DNA of 64,000 nt from the human T2T-CHM13v2.0 reference genome, Homo sapiens (GCF_009914755.1 NC_060929.1); one strand, 5' to 3'; shown: positions 27,976 to 41,768, numbered from the stretch's first letter. Program-made: numbers and translations. Notes: generated from the letters alone by a model not told the origin.

Positions 27976-30184
27976 TGATATGGTTTGGCTATGTCCCCAC
28001 CCAAATCTCATTTTGAATTGTAGCTCTCATAATCCCCACGTGTTATGGGAGGAACCTGGTGAGAGATAATTGAATCATGGGGGTGGGTTTTTCCCACGCT
28101 TCTCATGATGGTGAATAAGTCTCATGAAATTGTTTTAATTGTTATTGTTTTATAACCAGCGGTTCCCCTGCACAAACTCTTGCCTGTTGCCATGTAAGAC
28201 ATGCCTTTGCTTCTTCTTTGCCCCCTGCCATGATTGTGAGGCCTCCCCAGTCATGTGGAACTGTGAGTCAATTAAACCTTTCCTGTATAAATTACCCAGT
28301 CTCAGTATGTCTTTACTAGCAGCATGAGAACAGACTAATACAGTAAATTGGTACCGGTAGAGTGGAGTGCTGCAGTAAAGATACCTGAAAATGTGGAAGC
28401 GACTTTGGAACTGGGTAACAGGCAGAGGGTGGAAGAGTTTAGAGGACTCAGAAGAAGATAGGGAAATGTGGGAAAGTTTGGAACTTCCCAGAGGTTTGTT
28501 GAATGACTTTGACCCAAATGCTGATGGTGATAGGGATAATAAAGTCCAGGCTGAGGTGGTCTCAGATGGAGATGAGGAACTTGTTGGGAACTGGAGTAAA
28601 GGTCACTCTTGCTATGCAAAGAAATTGGCAACATTGCACCACTGCCCTAGAGGTCTGTGGAACTTTGAACTTGAGAAAGATGAATTAGGGCATCTGGTGG
28701 AAGGAATTTCTAAGCAGCAAAGCGTTCAAGAGTAAGCAGGGCATAAAAGTTTGGAAAATTTAAGCCTAATGATGTGATAGAATAGAAAACCCTATTTTCT
28801 GGGGAGAAATGCAAGCTGGCTGCAGAAATTTGCATAAGTAATGAGGAGCCAAATGTTAATCACCAAGAAAATGGGGAAACATTTCCAGGGCATGTCGGAG
28901 ACCTTTGCAGCAGCCCTCCCATCAGAGACTCAGAGGCCCAGGCGGGAAAAATGGTTACCCGCGCTAGGTCCAGGGCCTCCTTGCTGTGTGCAGCCTTGTG
29001 ACATAGTGCCCTTCATCCAAGCTGCTCCATCTGTGGCTTCAGAAGGTGCAAACCCCAAGCCTTGGCAGCTTCCATGTGGTGTTGGTCCTGTCGGTGCATA
29101 GAAGACAAGAATTGAGGTTTGGAAACCTCCACCTAGATTTCAGATGATGTATGAAAATGCCCTAAATGGTCAGGCAGAAGTCTGTTGTAGGGGTGGAGCC
29201 CTCATAGAGAACCTCTGCTAGGGCACTGCAGAAGGGAAATGTGGGGTCAGAACCCCCACACAGTCCCCACTGTGGTACTACCTAGTGGAGGTGCGGGAAG
29301 AAGGCCACCCTCCTCCAGACCCTAGAATGGTAGATCTACTGACAGCTTCCACTGTGTTCCTGGAAAAGCTGCAGAAACTCAACCCAGGAGGGGGTCTGTG
29401 TCCTGCAAAGCCACAAGGGCAGAGTTGCCAAAGTCTTGGGAGCCCACCTCTTGCATCAGAGTGATCTGGATGTGAGACATGGGGTCAAAGAAGATAATTT
29501 TGGAGCTTCAAGAACTGACTGCCCTCCTGGATTTCAGACTTGCATGAGGCCTGTGACCCCTTTGCTTTGGTCAATTTCTCCCACTTAGAATGGGTATATT
29601 TATCCAATGCCTATAGCCCCATTGTATCTAGGAAGTAAGTAACTTGCTTTTAATTTTATAGGCTCATAGGCAGAAGAAACTTGCCTTGCCTCAGATTAGA
29701 CTTTGGACTGTGGACTTTTGAGTCAATGCTGAAATGAGTTAAGACTTTAGGGGATTGTTGGAAGGACATGATTATGTTTCAAAATGTAAGGACATGAGAT
29801 TTGGGAGGGGCCAGGGGCAGAAAGATAGTGTTTGACTGGGTCCCCACCCAAATCTTATCTTGAATTGTAACTCCCATAATGTCCATGTGTTGTGGGAGGG
29901 ACTTGTTGGGAGGTAATTGAATCATGGGGGTGGGTTTTTCCCATGCTGTTCTCATGATAGTGAGTAAGTCTCAGGAGATCTGATGGTTTTATAATGGGCA
30001 GTTCCCCTGTACAAGCTCTCTTGCCTGCCACCATGGAAGACATGGCTTTGCTTCTCCTTTGCCTACTGCCTTGATTGTGAGGCCTCCCCAGCCATGTGGA
30101 ACTGTGAGTCAATTAAACCTCTTTCCTTTAAAAATTACTGTCTTGGGTATGTACTTATTAACAGTGTGAGAACAGATTAATACA
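27976..30184 (+). mobile_element. THE1C-like MaLR provirus: 5' LTR 27976-28342, internal 28343-29822, 3' LTR 29823-30184
   Basis: Two homologous LTRs; internal start GTAAATTGGTACC; polypurine tract GGGAGGGGCCAGGGGCAGAA; perfect TSD ACAGA (27971-27975, 30185-30189). Confidence 0.95.
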
Positions 30185-31135
30185 ACAGACAACCCACTGA
30201 ATGGGAGAAATATTCACAAACTATGCATCCAACAAAGGACTAATATCCACAATTTATAAGGAACTTAAGTCAACAAGCAAAAAAATCAATAACCCCATTA
30301 AAAAATGGCCAAAGAACATGAACAGACACTATTGAAAAGAAGACAGACAAACAGCCATCAAACATATAAAAAGATGCTAATCATCTCTAATCATCAGGGA
30401 AATGCAAATCAAAACCATAATGAGATACAATCTCATACCAGTCAGAATGGCTTTCGGTTAAAAAGTCAAAAAATTACAGCTGTTGATGGGGCTGTGGAGA
30501 AAAGGAAATTCTTGTACACTGTTGGGGGGAATGTGAATTAGTTCAGTCACTGTAGAAAACAGTTTGCAGATTTCTTAAAGAACTAAAAGCTGAACTACCA
30601 TGTGACCCAGCAATCCTATTACTGGATATATACCCAAAGGAAAATAGATTGTTCCACCAAAAAGATACATGCACCCATATATATTCATTGCAACACTAGT
30701 CACAATAGCAAAGACATGGAACCAAACCAAGTGCCCATCAGCAGTGGATTGGATAAACAAAATGTGGTACCTACACAACATGTAATACTATACAGCCATA
30801 AAGAAGAACAAAACTGTGTTATTTGTAGCAACACGGGTGCAGCCAGAGGCCATTATTCTAAGTGAACTAAAGCAGAAACAGAAAACCAAATACCATGTGT
30901 TCTCACTTATAAATGGGAACTAAACATTGGTTATACGTGGTTATAAAGATGGGACAACTGATACTGGGGAATACAAGAGGAGAGATTGAAAAACTACTTA
31001 TTGGGTACAAAGCTCACTTCCTGGGGGGGTGGGTTCGATCATACTCCAAACCTGAGCATCACACGATATGTCTTTGTAACAAACCTGCACATGTACCCCT
31101 GGAATATAAAAAAAAGTTGAAATTTAAAAAGAAAG
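30185..31135 (+). mobile_element. L1PA15/16-like element, 3' end
   Basis: ORF2 C-terminus, then 3'UTR AAACTACTTATTGGGTAC...CCAAACCTGAGCATCACACGATAT...AAAAGTTGAAATT. Confidence 0.88.
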
Positions 31136-31949
31136 GAATGAAAAATAAGGGGGGAACAGAGGTAACAAAAAAAAAATGAGTGCCCTTCTAGGAAATGAAA
31201 ATCTGGTTTAAAAAACTATTAAATAAAAATCATGATAATAGAGTAAACTTTTATTAAACTTCTTTTTTAAGTGTCATTTGGATCAGTGAATGAAGAACTA
31301 TTAAATATTACTTAAAGATCAATTATATATTTGAAATATGTCAAGTTATAATTTGAACTTACATTTAATATAAAAATAATTTCCAGATGGACACAACAGT
31401 TAACTGTAATCAAATAAAAATCAAATAACTCAAAGACAAATACTTGTTAAAATCTCACGATGGAAAAATACTTAATAAATTAGAAAGTTTGAAGATATTT
31501 GCCCAGTAATTCCAATCTACATACATTAAAAAAAACTTCTGAGTGAAGACATTTATAAAATTTTAGAAGAAAATAATTCAAAGTAATGTAAATACCTAAT
31601 AATGAAGAAAAGGCTAAATATATAGTACATTAATATGGTAGAATTACATCAAATGTTATGTAACCATTAAAATGTATTTTGAAAAATGTTGAGTGAACAA
31701 AAGCATCTTCCTCATAAAATTATAAATGAATTAATAAGAATTAAATCCAATTATTCTGTATAGTCTCAATTTTTGCAAAAAAAAATACAAGTGTGTTTGC
31801 AAAAATATTGATATAGCTATCTAAATAACTACTTATTTGTCTTTATTTTATTCTGCAATAAACATTTATTATTAATACACTCCTAATATGAAGTAACAGT
31901 TATATTTTAAATTTAAAATAAACAATAATACTTTAATTTATCGGTTTCA

Positions 31950-32278
31950 AATCCCCTTCATATCTGTGGGTTTCACATCAATGGATTTAGCCAACCATAG
32001 ATAAAAAATATTTAGAAATAAATTGTGTTAATATTTAATATGTACAGACTTTTTTCCCTTGCCATTATTACTTAAACAATACAAGATAACAAGTATTTAT
32101 ATAGCATTTTCATTTTACTAGGTATTACAAATAGTCTAGGGATGATTTAAAGTGCATAAAAGTATGTGCATAGTTTATATGTGTATATTATTTTATATTA
32201 GAGACTTGAGCATCCATGGCTTTCGGTATCTCTGGGAGCTTCTGGAACTGATTCCCACAGATACTGAGGGATGACTGT
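31950..32278. mobile_element. MER2 (TcMar-Tigger) non-autonomous DNA transposon
   Basis: Inverted ends CCCTTCATATCTGTGGG ... CCCACAGATACTGAGGGATGACTG-TA and a MER2-like interior. Confidence 0.85.
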
Positions 32279-33411
32279 ACTACAATCCTATCCACCTCTA
32301 TCTAGTGCATTTGCATGTTTCTCTCTGGTAGCACCCTGAGTGCAATATACCTTACAACATTTTAATGTTAATGTTTTACTTCCATTAAATTATAAGCTCA
32401 TTATAGTACTAGATATGTCATCTGAAGTTATGTCAATTTAAACATTTTTTTATAAAGTCCCAACATTCTATAGAAAGATTGGACATGTCTGGCAGAACGA
32501 TTTCACTCTACACCCAATATTTTACTCTGTATTACAGTAGAGGGCAATCTGTACCCTTCCCTCAGTTTTGGGATCTCTGGACAAAAGTTACTTATAAACT
32601 AAATCCCATGAGCTCCAGATCAGTCTCCAACTATTGATACTCATTGAGCACCTGGATACTGACATTTACTATAAATAATGAAGAGTCGTTAATGAAAAAC
32701 AAATATAGAAATGTCTTCAAATGTTAAACAAAGTTGAAATATATGTAAGATTTGACAGATAGTTGATATCCTTAATATACTATTGCTTTACCATAGGAGA
32801 AGCAATAATCCTGGAACACAAAGTATTTTTGATATGAAATGTAATATATGTTGGGATATAAAAATCAAGACAACAATATTAGTAGAGAAGATAGATCAAA
32901 ATAAAAATCAATAACATAGCACATAGGTAATAAATATAAAAAATATGCATAATTTAGGTTATTTTAAAAAAATCATATACTTTCAGATAAGAAAGAGTAA
33001 AGTATGATAACATGAAAATATACACTATGCTTAAGCCGTGCTCAAATCAAACTTGTAAGAAGAGTCTTCAAATATTTGCTAATTCCAGTATGAGAAGGCT
33101 TTCATGGAATCTAATTTGGAAAAGATTGAGAAAATTAATTATTTAAGTTTAAATAAAAAGAATATATAACTGAACCAAAATATCATAGAGCAAAGAAAGG
33201 GGGTCAGAAAAATAGGATAAACCTTACTTTAGATATTTAAGGTTTTTTTCCACGAGTCACTTGAAAATTAATATCTAGATTATTATTATTATTTATTATT
33301 ATTATGTTTTAACCCCAAAGTTTTTCCCACAAACTATTAGGTTGTCATTGTTTGCTTAATAGTCTTAGGCAAAGATAAATTTTCAAAGATCCAGTTTCTT
33401 CTTCTATAATA

Positions 33412-33606
33412 ATCTTTCTCAGCCTCGATACATTGAGATTTTGGCCTGGACATTTCTTTGCTTCAGGAAGTTATCCCATTCTTTCCTTATCAGCATCTCG
33501 GGTCTTTATCCACTAGACGCCACTTTCCCTTACCCCATCATTGTGACAACCAGAAACGTCCAGGTTTACCTTGAGGGGCAAAATCATCCCTGTCGAAAAC
33601 TGCTGG
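33412..33606 (+). mobile_element. MER20 (hAT-Charlie), probably within a MIR remnant (~33355-33755)
   Basis: TTTCTCAGCCTCG...TATCCACTAGACGCCA...TTGTGACAACCAGAAACGTC...GGGGCAAAATCATCCC. Confidence 0.8.
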
Positions 33607-35115
33607 TTGCTAATATTAATAGCATCTATACCATCGATTTAGTGCAAAAAATAAACAAGATTAAACTATTACCTGGGTCATGGGTTTGATGTGAGAATTA
33701 ATTGTAACAAAGTTTCTAACAAATAGTAAATGATCAAGAAATGTTAGTTATTTTTATTTGACCTAGGCCCTATTTTATGACATAAAACAGTAATATCCAA
33801 GTTTTCTTCCAGTTCTTAAATTCTATGATTCTTTCAGGTTGTATAAATATCCAATACCCTGTAAAATCAATTGAAACTTTTTCAGCAAAGATCACTGAAG
33901 TAAAATAAATGCAGACCATATTTTTAAATTGTCCTGTAGACACAAATAGGAAAATGAAAATAGGTGTATTTTATATATAAGATAAAGTATCTTATGGGGA
34001 AGGAAGAATATGTATATGTATTATTCACAATTTTTATAATACTACTTATTATAATTAAAGGCTGTATAAAACTATTAATAGTATTTATTTTTATACAGAG
34101 TAAGAAACTTTGAGGCACTTTTACCCTTTTCTATTCCATTTTATTTTTTTATTACATATATATATATATTTAGATGTCACTTAAAACTTTCTTATGGGGC
34201 TTGCCAGAGATTCTATTTAACCTCCTCATTTATGATGAGCTCTTTTAATTCTGCAGGTTCACAAGAACAAAAGCCTTTGCTTGTGCTGAAAGCCATTAAA
34301 AAATGGGACAAATGGACTGATGCAGCATTCCCAAGTGTGGTGTTTTTATAATGCCCAAAATCCAGAGAACCGTAACAAACACTGTGATGCTTTTATATGT
34401 CAGCTGGTACAAAATGCAATAATTTACCATCTTGTCCTCTACCATGGAAGGTATCCTGAATTACTGAAGACAACTGCAATGCTAAAATATTTACCAGTGA
34501 AAGGCCCTTGAGACTGTAGGCTTTATGTTTCAGATTCTGTTTTATTGTTTACATTCCTGTACAAGAGTATCAGAAAATGACATTTCTTGCTCACTACGGC
34601 TGATTAATCTGATATTATCAATATAGTGATCAATATTTTGGTCTTTGTAATTTTAAGACTATTAAGTTTACCTCAGGTCATATTATAACAAAATAACAAT
34701 CATAGCCCTGGGCAAGACAACAAATGTGTTCTGTGGTCTATCCCTGGTAAATGAAAATATCTTTTATCTGTTTTCATGAAGGAGATAGAAAGTGATATTT
34801 GTCAGATCATATTTGCAAAACCAAGAGTAGAAGCTGAGTTGAGTTTTTAAAATAAAGATACTACATACTATACTACATAATATAAATACACAGCAGATGC
34901 ATTAGGAATTATCAGTTGCTTAGATTTACATGATTTCCCCCATCATCACCCAGATCCAAATTTTTGCATGTGTCATTCCAGTAAATTAAATGAGGATGTG
35001 ATAGGGACTTCGACTCCTACACCCTTTTTATTTTTGAGAATGTTATTATCGCTGCCATCTTATTTGTTGCTGATTTTCTATTTTCATTACTGGGTAGACA
35101 GCTTTTATTAGAGAA

Positions 35116-35729
35116 TGTGATGGTTAATTTTATGTTAACCATTTATGTTTTATTTTACCGTTTCCAATCTCATTTTATGTTTCATCACTTATGTATATAA
35201 ATTTTCCTTGACTGGCTTATGGGATACCCAGAAAGGTGTGAGATTGATTTTGGAGGAACTTAGCATTTGAATCAGTAAACTGAGTCAAGATCATCTTCCC
35301 TTACCAGTGTGGGCAGGCATCATGCAATCTTTGAAGGCTGGAATAGAACAAAATGGCAGAGGAAAGGCGAATTTACTTTCTCTTCTATAACAGCAATATC
35401 GATCTTTTCTTCCCCTGAGGAGCTCCAGGTTTTTGAGCCTTTGGATGCCAGGACTTACACCATTGACTCTCCTGGTTCTCAGTCTTCAGACTCATTGAAT
35501 TACACCACTGGCTTTCCTGGTTCTCCAGAGTACAGATGACATATCATGGGACTTCTTACATTCCATAATTGTGTGAGCCAATTCTCACAATAAATTTCTT
35601 TATTTATCTCTCTTTGTCTCTCTCTCTCTGTCTCTATCCCTCTGTGTGTGTGTGTGTGTCTGTGTGTGTGTGTTTATGTGTGTATGCATCCTATTGATTC
35701 TGTGTCTTTGAAAACTGCTGCCTAATACA
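35116..35729 (+). mobile_element. MLT2 (MLT2B/D-like, ERVL) LTR with internal (CT)n(GT)n
   Basis: TGTGATGGTTAATTTTATG start, GAATAGAACAAAATGGCAGAGGAAAGG, and CCTATTGATTCTGT...CTAATACA end. Confidence 0.88.
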
Positions 35730-37684
35730 GGAACTTTTGCTTGGTCTTCCCTACCATAATTGATCTTATTCCACATTTCAGCAAACCAATGCAATTTCTG
35801 TAACTTGCTAGGTACATCCATTTTAGTTATGTCTTGATGATCAGGGCAATGAACACAGGGTAGTTTAATGAACGCATTAGAGTAATGTAAGAGAAAGGTG
35901 GTCCAGAAAGCTATTTATCAGCCAATCCCTGAAAATTCCAATTATAATAGATATCTTAATGGCATTTTTGTGTACCCTGGTATCAGTGTCATCTCAGCCC
36001 TGGTATTTAAACATTCTTCAAAGACCTGGTGCAACTATCCTTAATTATAATAGCTTTAGGACATCTCTGGAGGTGGTTTTGGAAAGTAATTATATACATA
36101 GGCCTGCTAAGATGATTCAGGGTTTTTCCTTAAAAGAACCTGATCATGGATTCTGGTTCCAATAAATGATTCAGTGGTGAAAACTAGGTGAGGGTAAATG
36201 ATATTCTAATTTGTAACTGACATCAGCCTTTTTTCCTTGTGGATTTTTCATTGTATACATTATTACTATTGACATATATCTATATAACTCCAATCCTACT
36301 GGTTGCCAATCCAGGTTTGGTGTCCATAATGATAATTTCATCCACCTGTTCTCTGATAGTTAGGTACTGAATCCTGGTCTCCATAGTTCTTCAATTCTAT
36401 TATTCCCATTTACACTAAGAAGCCCTGTTCAATGGTTGTGTCTTCAACCATTAACCCCACCCTGCAGAAGACAGACACTACTGAAATTCTCAATGATAGT
36501 ATTGTCCTGATCACTAAGGCATTTCTTATCACTATCGTAAAGGGAGAGTCTTTTCTCCTTCCTGTGGAACATAGTCAACTGGTGTGTTCACTAATATTAC
36601 ATACCAGCCTGGCCCATTCTTTTCCGAGCTTTTTCAGTCCTTCTTCAAAATGTTGTCAAGATAGTTTAGCATCCTTATTTTATTTATTGTAGGCCAACAT
36701 CATTTCCTAAATTCAATGAACCATTATACCAGAGTATAAGGCTAACTTCAGGCATCTCTGTTAGCAAATCAAAAGAGAATGCTCACATTTTAATAAACAA
36801 CTAATATGTTTGACTCATTCCTTTGTCTTGCAATGTCAAGCTCCACCACTTTATATGTCCTCCAAGTTTCTGATGTTATTTATTTGGTAGGTTCTGCCAT
36901 GTTTCAAGTAAATAATTACTTTCATACAATTGCAAAGAGAGTATTTCTTCACTTGACTCATGATAGTAGATATTGAAGGGAAGTCAGAACTGATCCTGAG
37001 GAGAACAAGGAACGTAAAAAAGGACATCTATCTCAGGTTATGCCTTTACTTATTAATCAGCAATGGGAAGCTACACTTCTCTAGCAAAAGCAAAGGTACC
37101 TACTGCTGCCAACCCAGGTGCTTCAGGGGAATCTGCTGGTTTAAGAATTTCAGATATATCCATGTAAATGTCTATACCAGGATTAAGAGTCTCACTGCTT
37201 CTAAGTCTATGATATTTTAAAGACAGCTGCCTAGAGCAGCAACTTGTTAATAAAGCATCTTTCATTGGCTTTCCCTAATTCTCTCTTTCACTTTCTTACT
37301 TAATTTCTTGTTTCCCTTTCTTCTATTCCTATGATAAAGGGAGATTCTTAAGGAGAATCATTCTTATGATTAGTAGGTCTAATTTTCTGTGAAACTTTCT
37401 TTCCAACTGCAAGAGACAGGGTGCCATTAAGTGTCATCATGTAAACCTTCTGTCGGTCACAGTGTCTTTATTCTAAGACAATAGTTGGCTGAGATAAGTC
37501 TATCAGTTTTTTTTAAAGCTCCTTTGGCAGTTAATGAGACAAGTGACACAAGTCTTATGGTTACCATTGCCTTTATATCTTTCAATTGCTAGAGCTGTTG
37601 CACAAACTAGTGCTGTGCCCTTCTACTCATATTATAGCCTAAAGCACCATTAGTAATTGGAATACTGAAGGAAGCCAGAAAAAC
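35730..37684 (-). pseudogene. Decayed ERVL-class internal region (gag and protease remnants; HERV16/ERV3-16A3/ERVL-E-like)
   Basis: The minus strand at ~35970-36010 reads LNTRAEMTLIPG, resembling the ERVL protease motif LDTGxELTLIPG. Gag-like sequence lies at ~37450-37620. No intact ORF. Confidence 0.65.
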
Positions 37685-37714
37685 TATATTAGTCAGCGTT
37701 CTCTAGAGAAACAG

Positions 37715-37761
<47 letters not shown>

Positions 37762-38661
37762 TCATGCACATATGAGGATTGGTAATATATATGATTATAT
37801 GTATCTGTATATATAATAATGTAATAGTTATATAATCATATATGTGATTACATATTATATATATAATTAATATAATATATTATACATATATAATAATATA
37901 TATTACCAAAGCATCAACTCTTTTGCTTCTTCAGCTTGCCAACTGCAGATCTTAGGACTGGTTGTTTTATAGATTTATATAAAACAACATGGGTCTTAAC
38001 TGTGTGGATCCACTTATACATGAATTATTTTTCAAGCAAACATGGATCAAAGATATAGTATTTGCAGGATGAGAAGCTCTCACATAAGAGTGCCAATTTT
38101 TTACATACGTGGGGTCTGTAGGGTCAACTGTGGAACTTGAGTATACATAGATTTTGGTATCCATGAGGGTCCTAGTACCAATCCCAAGCATATATCAAGG
38201 GATGACTATACACATATAAAGAGATTAATTATGAAAATTGGCTTATGTGATAACACAGCCTGAGAAGTCCCAAGATCTGAAGTTGGCAAGCTGGAGAACC
38301 AGGAGAGCTGATGATGTTGTTCCAGCCTGAGTCTGAAGGCAAGACAACCAACAGTGTCAGTGGTAGAACTTCCCATCTGATTCCAAGTCCAAAGGCAGAA
38401 GAAGACTGCTCTCCCAGCTCAAAGACAGTGATGCTGAAAGAGAGAATTCCCTCTCATTTAGTATTTTTGTCCTGTTCAGGTCTTCAGGGTATTGGATGAG
38501 GTCCACCCACATTGGAGAGTACAATCTGTTTTGCTCTGTCTACTGATTTAAAGGTTAATGTCATTTAGAAACAACCTCACAGACTGACCCAGAATGATGA
38601 TTAACCAAACATCTGGGTAGCCTTTGGCCCAGTGAACTTGACACAAAAATTAAGCATCACA
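37685..38661 (-). mobile_element. MLT2 LTR containing (CA)n at 37716-37757, an AT-rich tract and a MER8
   Basis: TATTAGTCAGCGTTCTCTAGAGAAACAGAAC ... GGCCCAGTGAACTTGACACAAAAATTAAGCATCACA. Confidence 0.88.
37970..38208 (-). mobile_element. MER8 (TcMar-Tigger)
   Basis: AACAACATGGGTCTTAACTGTGTGGATCCACTTATAC...GATTTTGGTATCC...AAGGGATGACTATA. Confidence 0.85.
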
Positions 38662-39265
38662 GTAATCCACCTCATTTGCCATTTGCAGTGCGATCTCAGT
38701 TACACTGTGATTAATGAATAATCCAAATCCAAAGTTCCATGTTGAGTGTCTGCTTTCTAAGGCTACTTATGGTACCAACTAAGTAAATTCTGGTTTTCTC
38801 AATAGAAAACGTGAAACTTAACTTAGGTACAAGTAATTTATTTGTTTAGTGACCACAGGAAATAGGATGTGAGTATAAAAATTGAGACAGAGAAGTAAGA
38901 AAAGCCAATAAAAAATCCACAAATGGACAAAATTACTGCTGTAGGCAACTGGAACTTAATCTTGTTTCAGATGCGTGGAAAGATTATGTAAAACATAACT
39001 TAGTTTTCACACCTAGGGGAGAATGTTGGATACTCATACAAAAGCCTCTATGCCTCATTAATTGATTGTTGTTCCTACCTTATTTACTGGCATTCTCAAA
39101 TTGTCCTGAATGAGTCCCAAGTATTCTCCCACCCTAAAATCAGGGAATACCTGTAGGGAGAAAGATGGAAGAAGTAGCTAGCCATAAGTGAATTATCTGC
39201 ATGTGACCTATGGTAGGGTGGTGGGTAATGCAGTTTTTGCAGGATGTAGACAGCCTTTGCCACAA
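38662..39265 (-). mobile_element. ERVL leader/PBS region and LTR33/LTR16-like 5' LTR of the decayed provirus
   Basis: The minus strand reads AGTTGGTACCATAAGTAGCC (~38761-38780, ERVL PBS-like), adjacent to LTR-like AAGTAATTTATTTG...GAGACAGAGAAG...AAGCCAATAAA...GGCAACTGGAAC. Confidence 0.55.
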
Positions 39266-40431
39266 ATTTCTTTTTTCCTTGATATTTTAGTGAACAGATA
39301 AATACAACATTAGACTCTGAAACATTTTTTTGAAATAATTTAAAAATAAAAATGTATTTCCTCATTATATATGTTCTCAATTATATATTTGAGTAAATTT
39401 CACAACTTTTATTTACTTAGATTAAGATTCCTTATAATTAATATATCAAGTACAATATACCAAAATAGGTTTCTATTATGATTCTAGTGAAAAGATATAC
39501 GTATATGAACATACATTTAGAAATCTGGATGGATGTTAAATATTTTAACAACGGCAATAGTTTGCTGATAAGATTTTAGATAAATTTTTCCACATACATT
39601 TCCATACACTTTCTCCAGCAACTCCAGGAAGGGCAGAAAGCTTTGATACTTACTTCATAGACAGTTCATAGCAGGTAGACTTGCCTTTTGGCAAAAGTTC
39701 TTATTTTACTCCTTCCTTCTTATATATAATGGCCAAAAGCGAATCAACTATTTTCCTTACATAGAAGTCCTTAAAGATTTACAAAATCAAGTATTTTCAC
39801 TCTGTGCCTAGCTCAGTATACCTGAAGAATGTAAGCTGGGAGGGAGCCCAGAGTCACTAGCTAAATCTAAGAGGGCTCATTATCTGCCTGTTTTCTAGAC
39901 CTTGCCTTTAAGAGAAAGGTGTTAATCTATTAAAGCCTTGGAAATGCTGCTGTATATTTAGAAAAAAAGTCATGTGTTTGCTCTACTTTCATTGTGGCCC
40001 AATAGGTATTTTGCATGTAATTGTTGCAAGATATTTCTGGTGTGCAGCTTTTTCTAGTGCAAGTGTGTTTTCCCTATTTCTATATTATATGTTGGAGGAG
40101 GGTATTGAAGGAAGTAGTTTTCTCTGTTCCATAGGTGCTCTTGAGTTGATTTCTGATACTCTCAACTTGCCTCAAAGGATGCAGATTTTCATTTCCAACC
40201 AATAGTACCATTCAATGTCTCTAGAGACCCACCTTACATACAAGGGCCTACACATGTCTTGGGCCATTTGATGAGGAAGTTTTCTAGAGCAGTTAGGCAG
40301 GAGGAACTTCTTGGAGAACAAAAATTAATCATCCCGATGGAACATCAGTAGGTAATATGCAGGATAATGTCAGTAGGAAGTCTTCATTTATGATAATTTA
40401 TGTGACTTCCAGATATAAACAATTCACAGTT

Positions 40432-40594
40432 CTGTAACCCCAGCTACTCAGGAAGCTGAGGCAGGAGAATCTCTTGAACCCAAGAGACAGAGGTTGCAGT
40501 GAGCCAAGATCGCACCATTGCACTCCAACCAGGGCAACAGAGCGAGACTCCATCTCAAAAACAAACAAACAAACAAACAAAACAACACCCCCAA
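40432..40594 (+). mobile_element. 5'-truncated AluS (right arm only) with (CAAA)n tail
   Basis: TSD AAACAATTCACAGTT (40417-40431) / AAACAATGCACAGTT (40595-40609). Confidence 0.93.
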
Positions 40595-40999
40595 AAACAA
40601 TGCACAGTTATCACTCCAATAGTGACAGAATTTTCTCCTGCATTGACTATTTTCTTCCAAGCAGAGCGCTGATGTCAGCAACTACTGTTTTCTAACTTGG
40701 CAGAGATGTGCAGTCTCTCCTTGTAGACAATCCGTCAATTCATGTTAAACCTCCTACTCCAACTGCACCACCCATATTGGGTGGGAAGCCAATAAAACTA
40801 CATAATTACTTTCACATATTTTTGTTCTTTAATATTGGGTCTAATAACCGGAATAAAAATGGGAATCAATATCTGAAAGTCTTTTATATTTTATTTTACC
40901 AAGGCAACATTGTTTACCTTTCAAGGCAGATAAAAACATTCTTAGCTAAAAATGGAGAAATTCAAATGAATTGGAAACGGTGGGGATGGGGCACTATGA

Positions 41000-41357
<358 letters not shown>

Positions 41358-41417
41358 GAGAAGCATTGCTTAATATGTTAATAGAGCTTCCTTTCAAAAC
41401 TAGTATTAAATTTGTTA

Positions 41418-41768
<351 letters not shown>

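Noticed and set aside
28391-29101. ORFs in the THE1 internal region
   Set aside because: These are standard MaLR internal ORF remnants, fragmented by stops, with no evidence of function.
35116-38661. Two MLT2 LTRs as the paired LTRs of one HERV-L provirus
   Set aside because: They are in opposite orientations, and the internal sequence continues past the second LTR to a different LTR.
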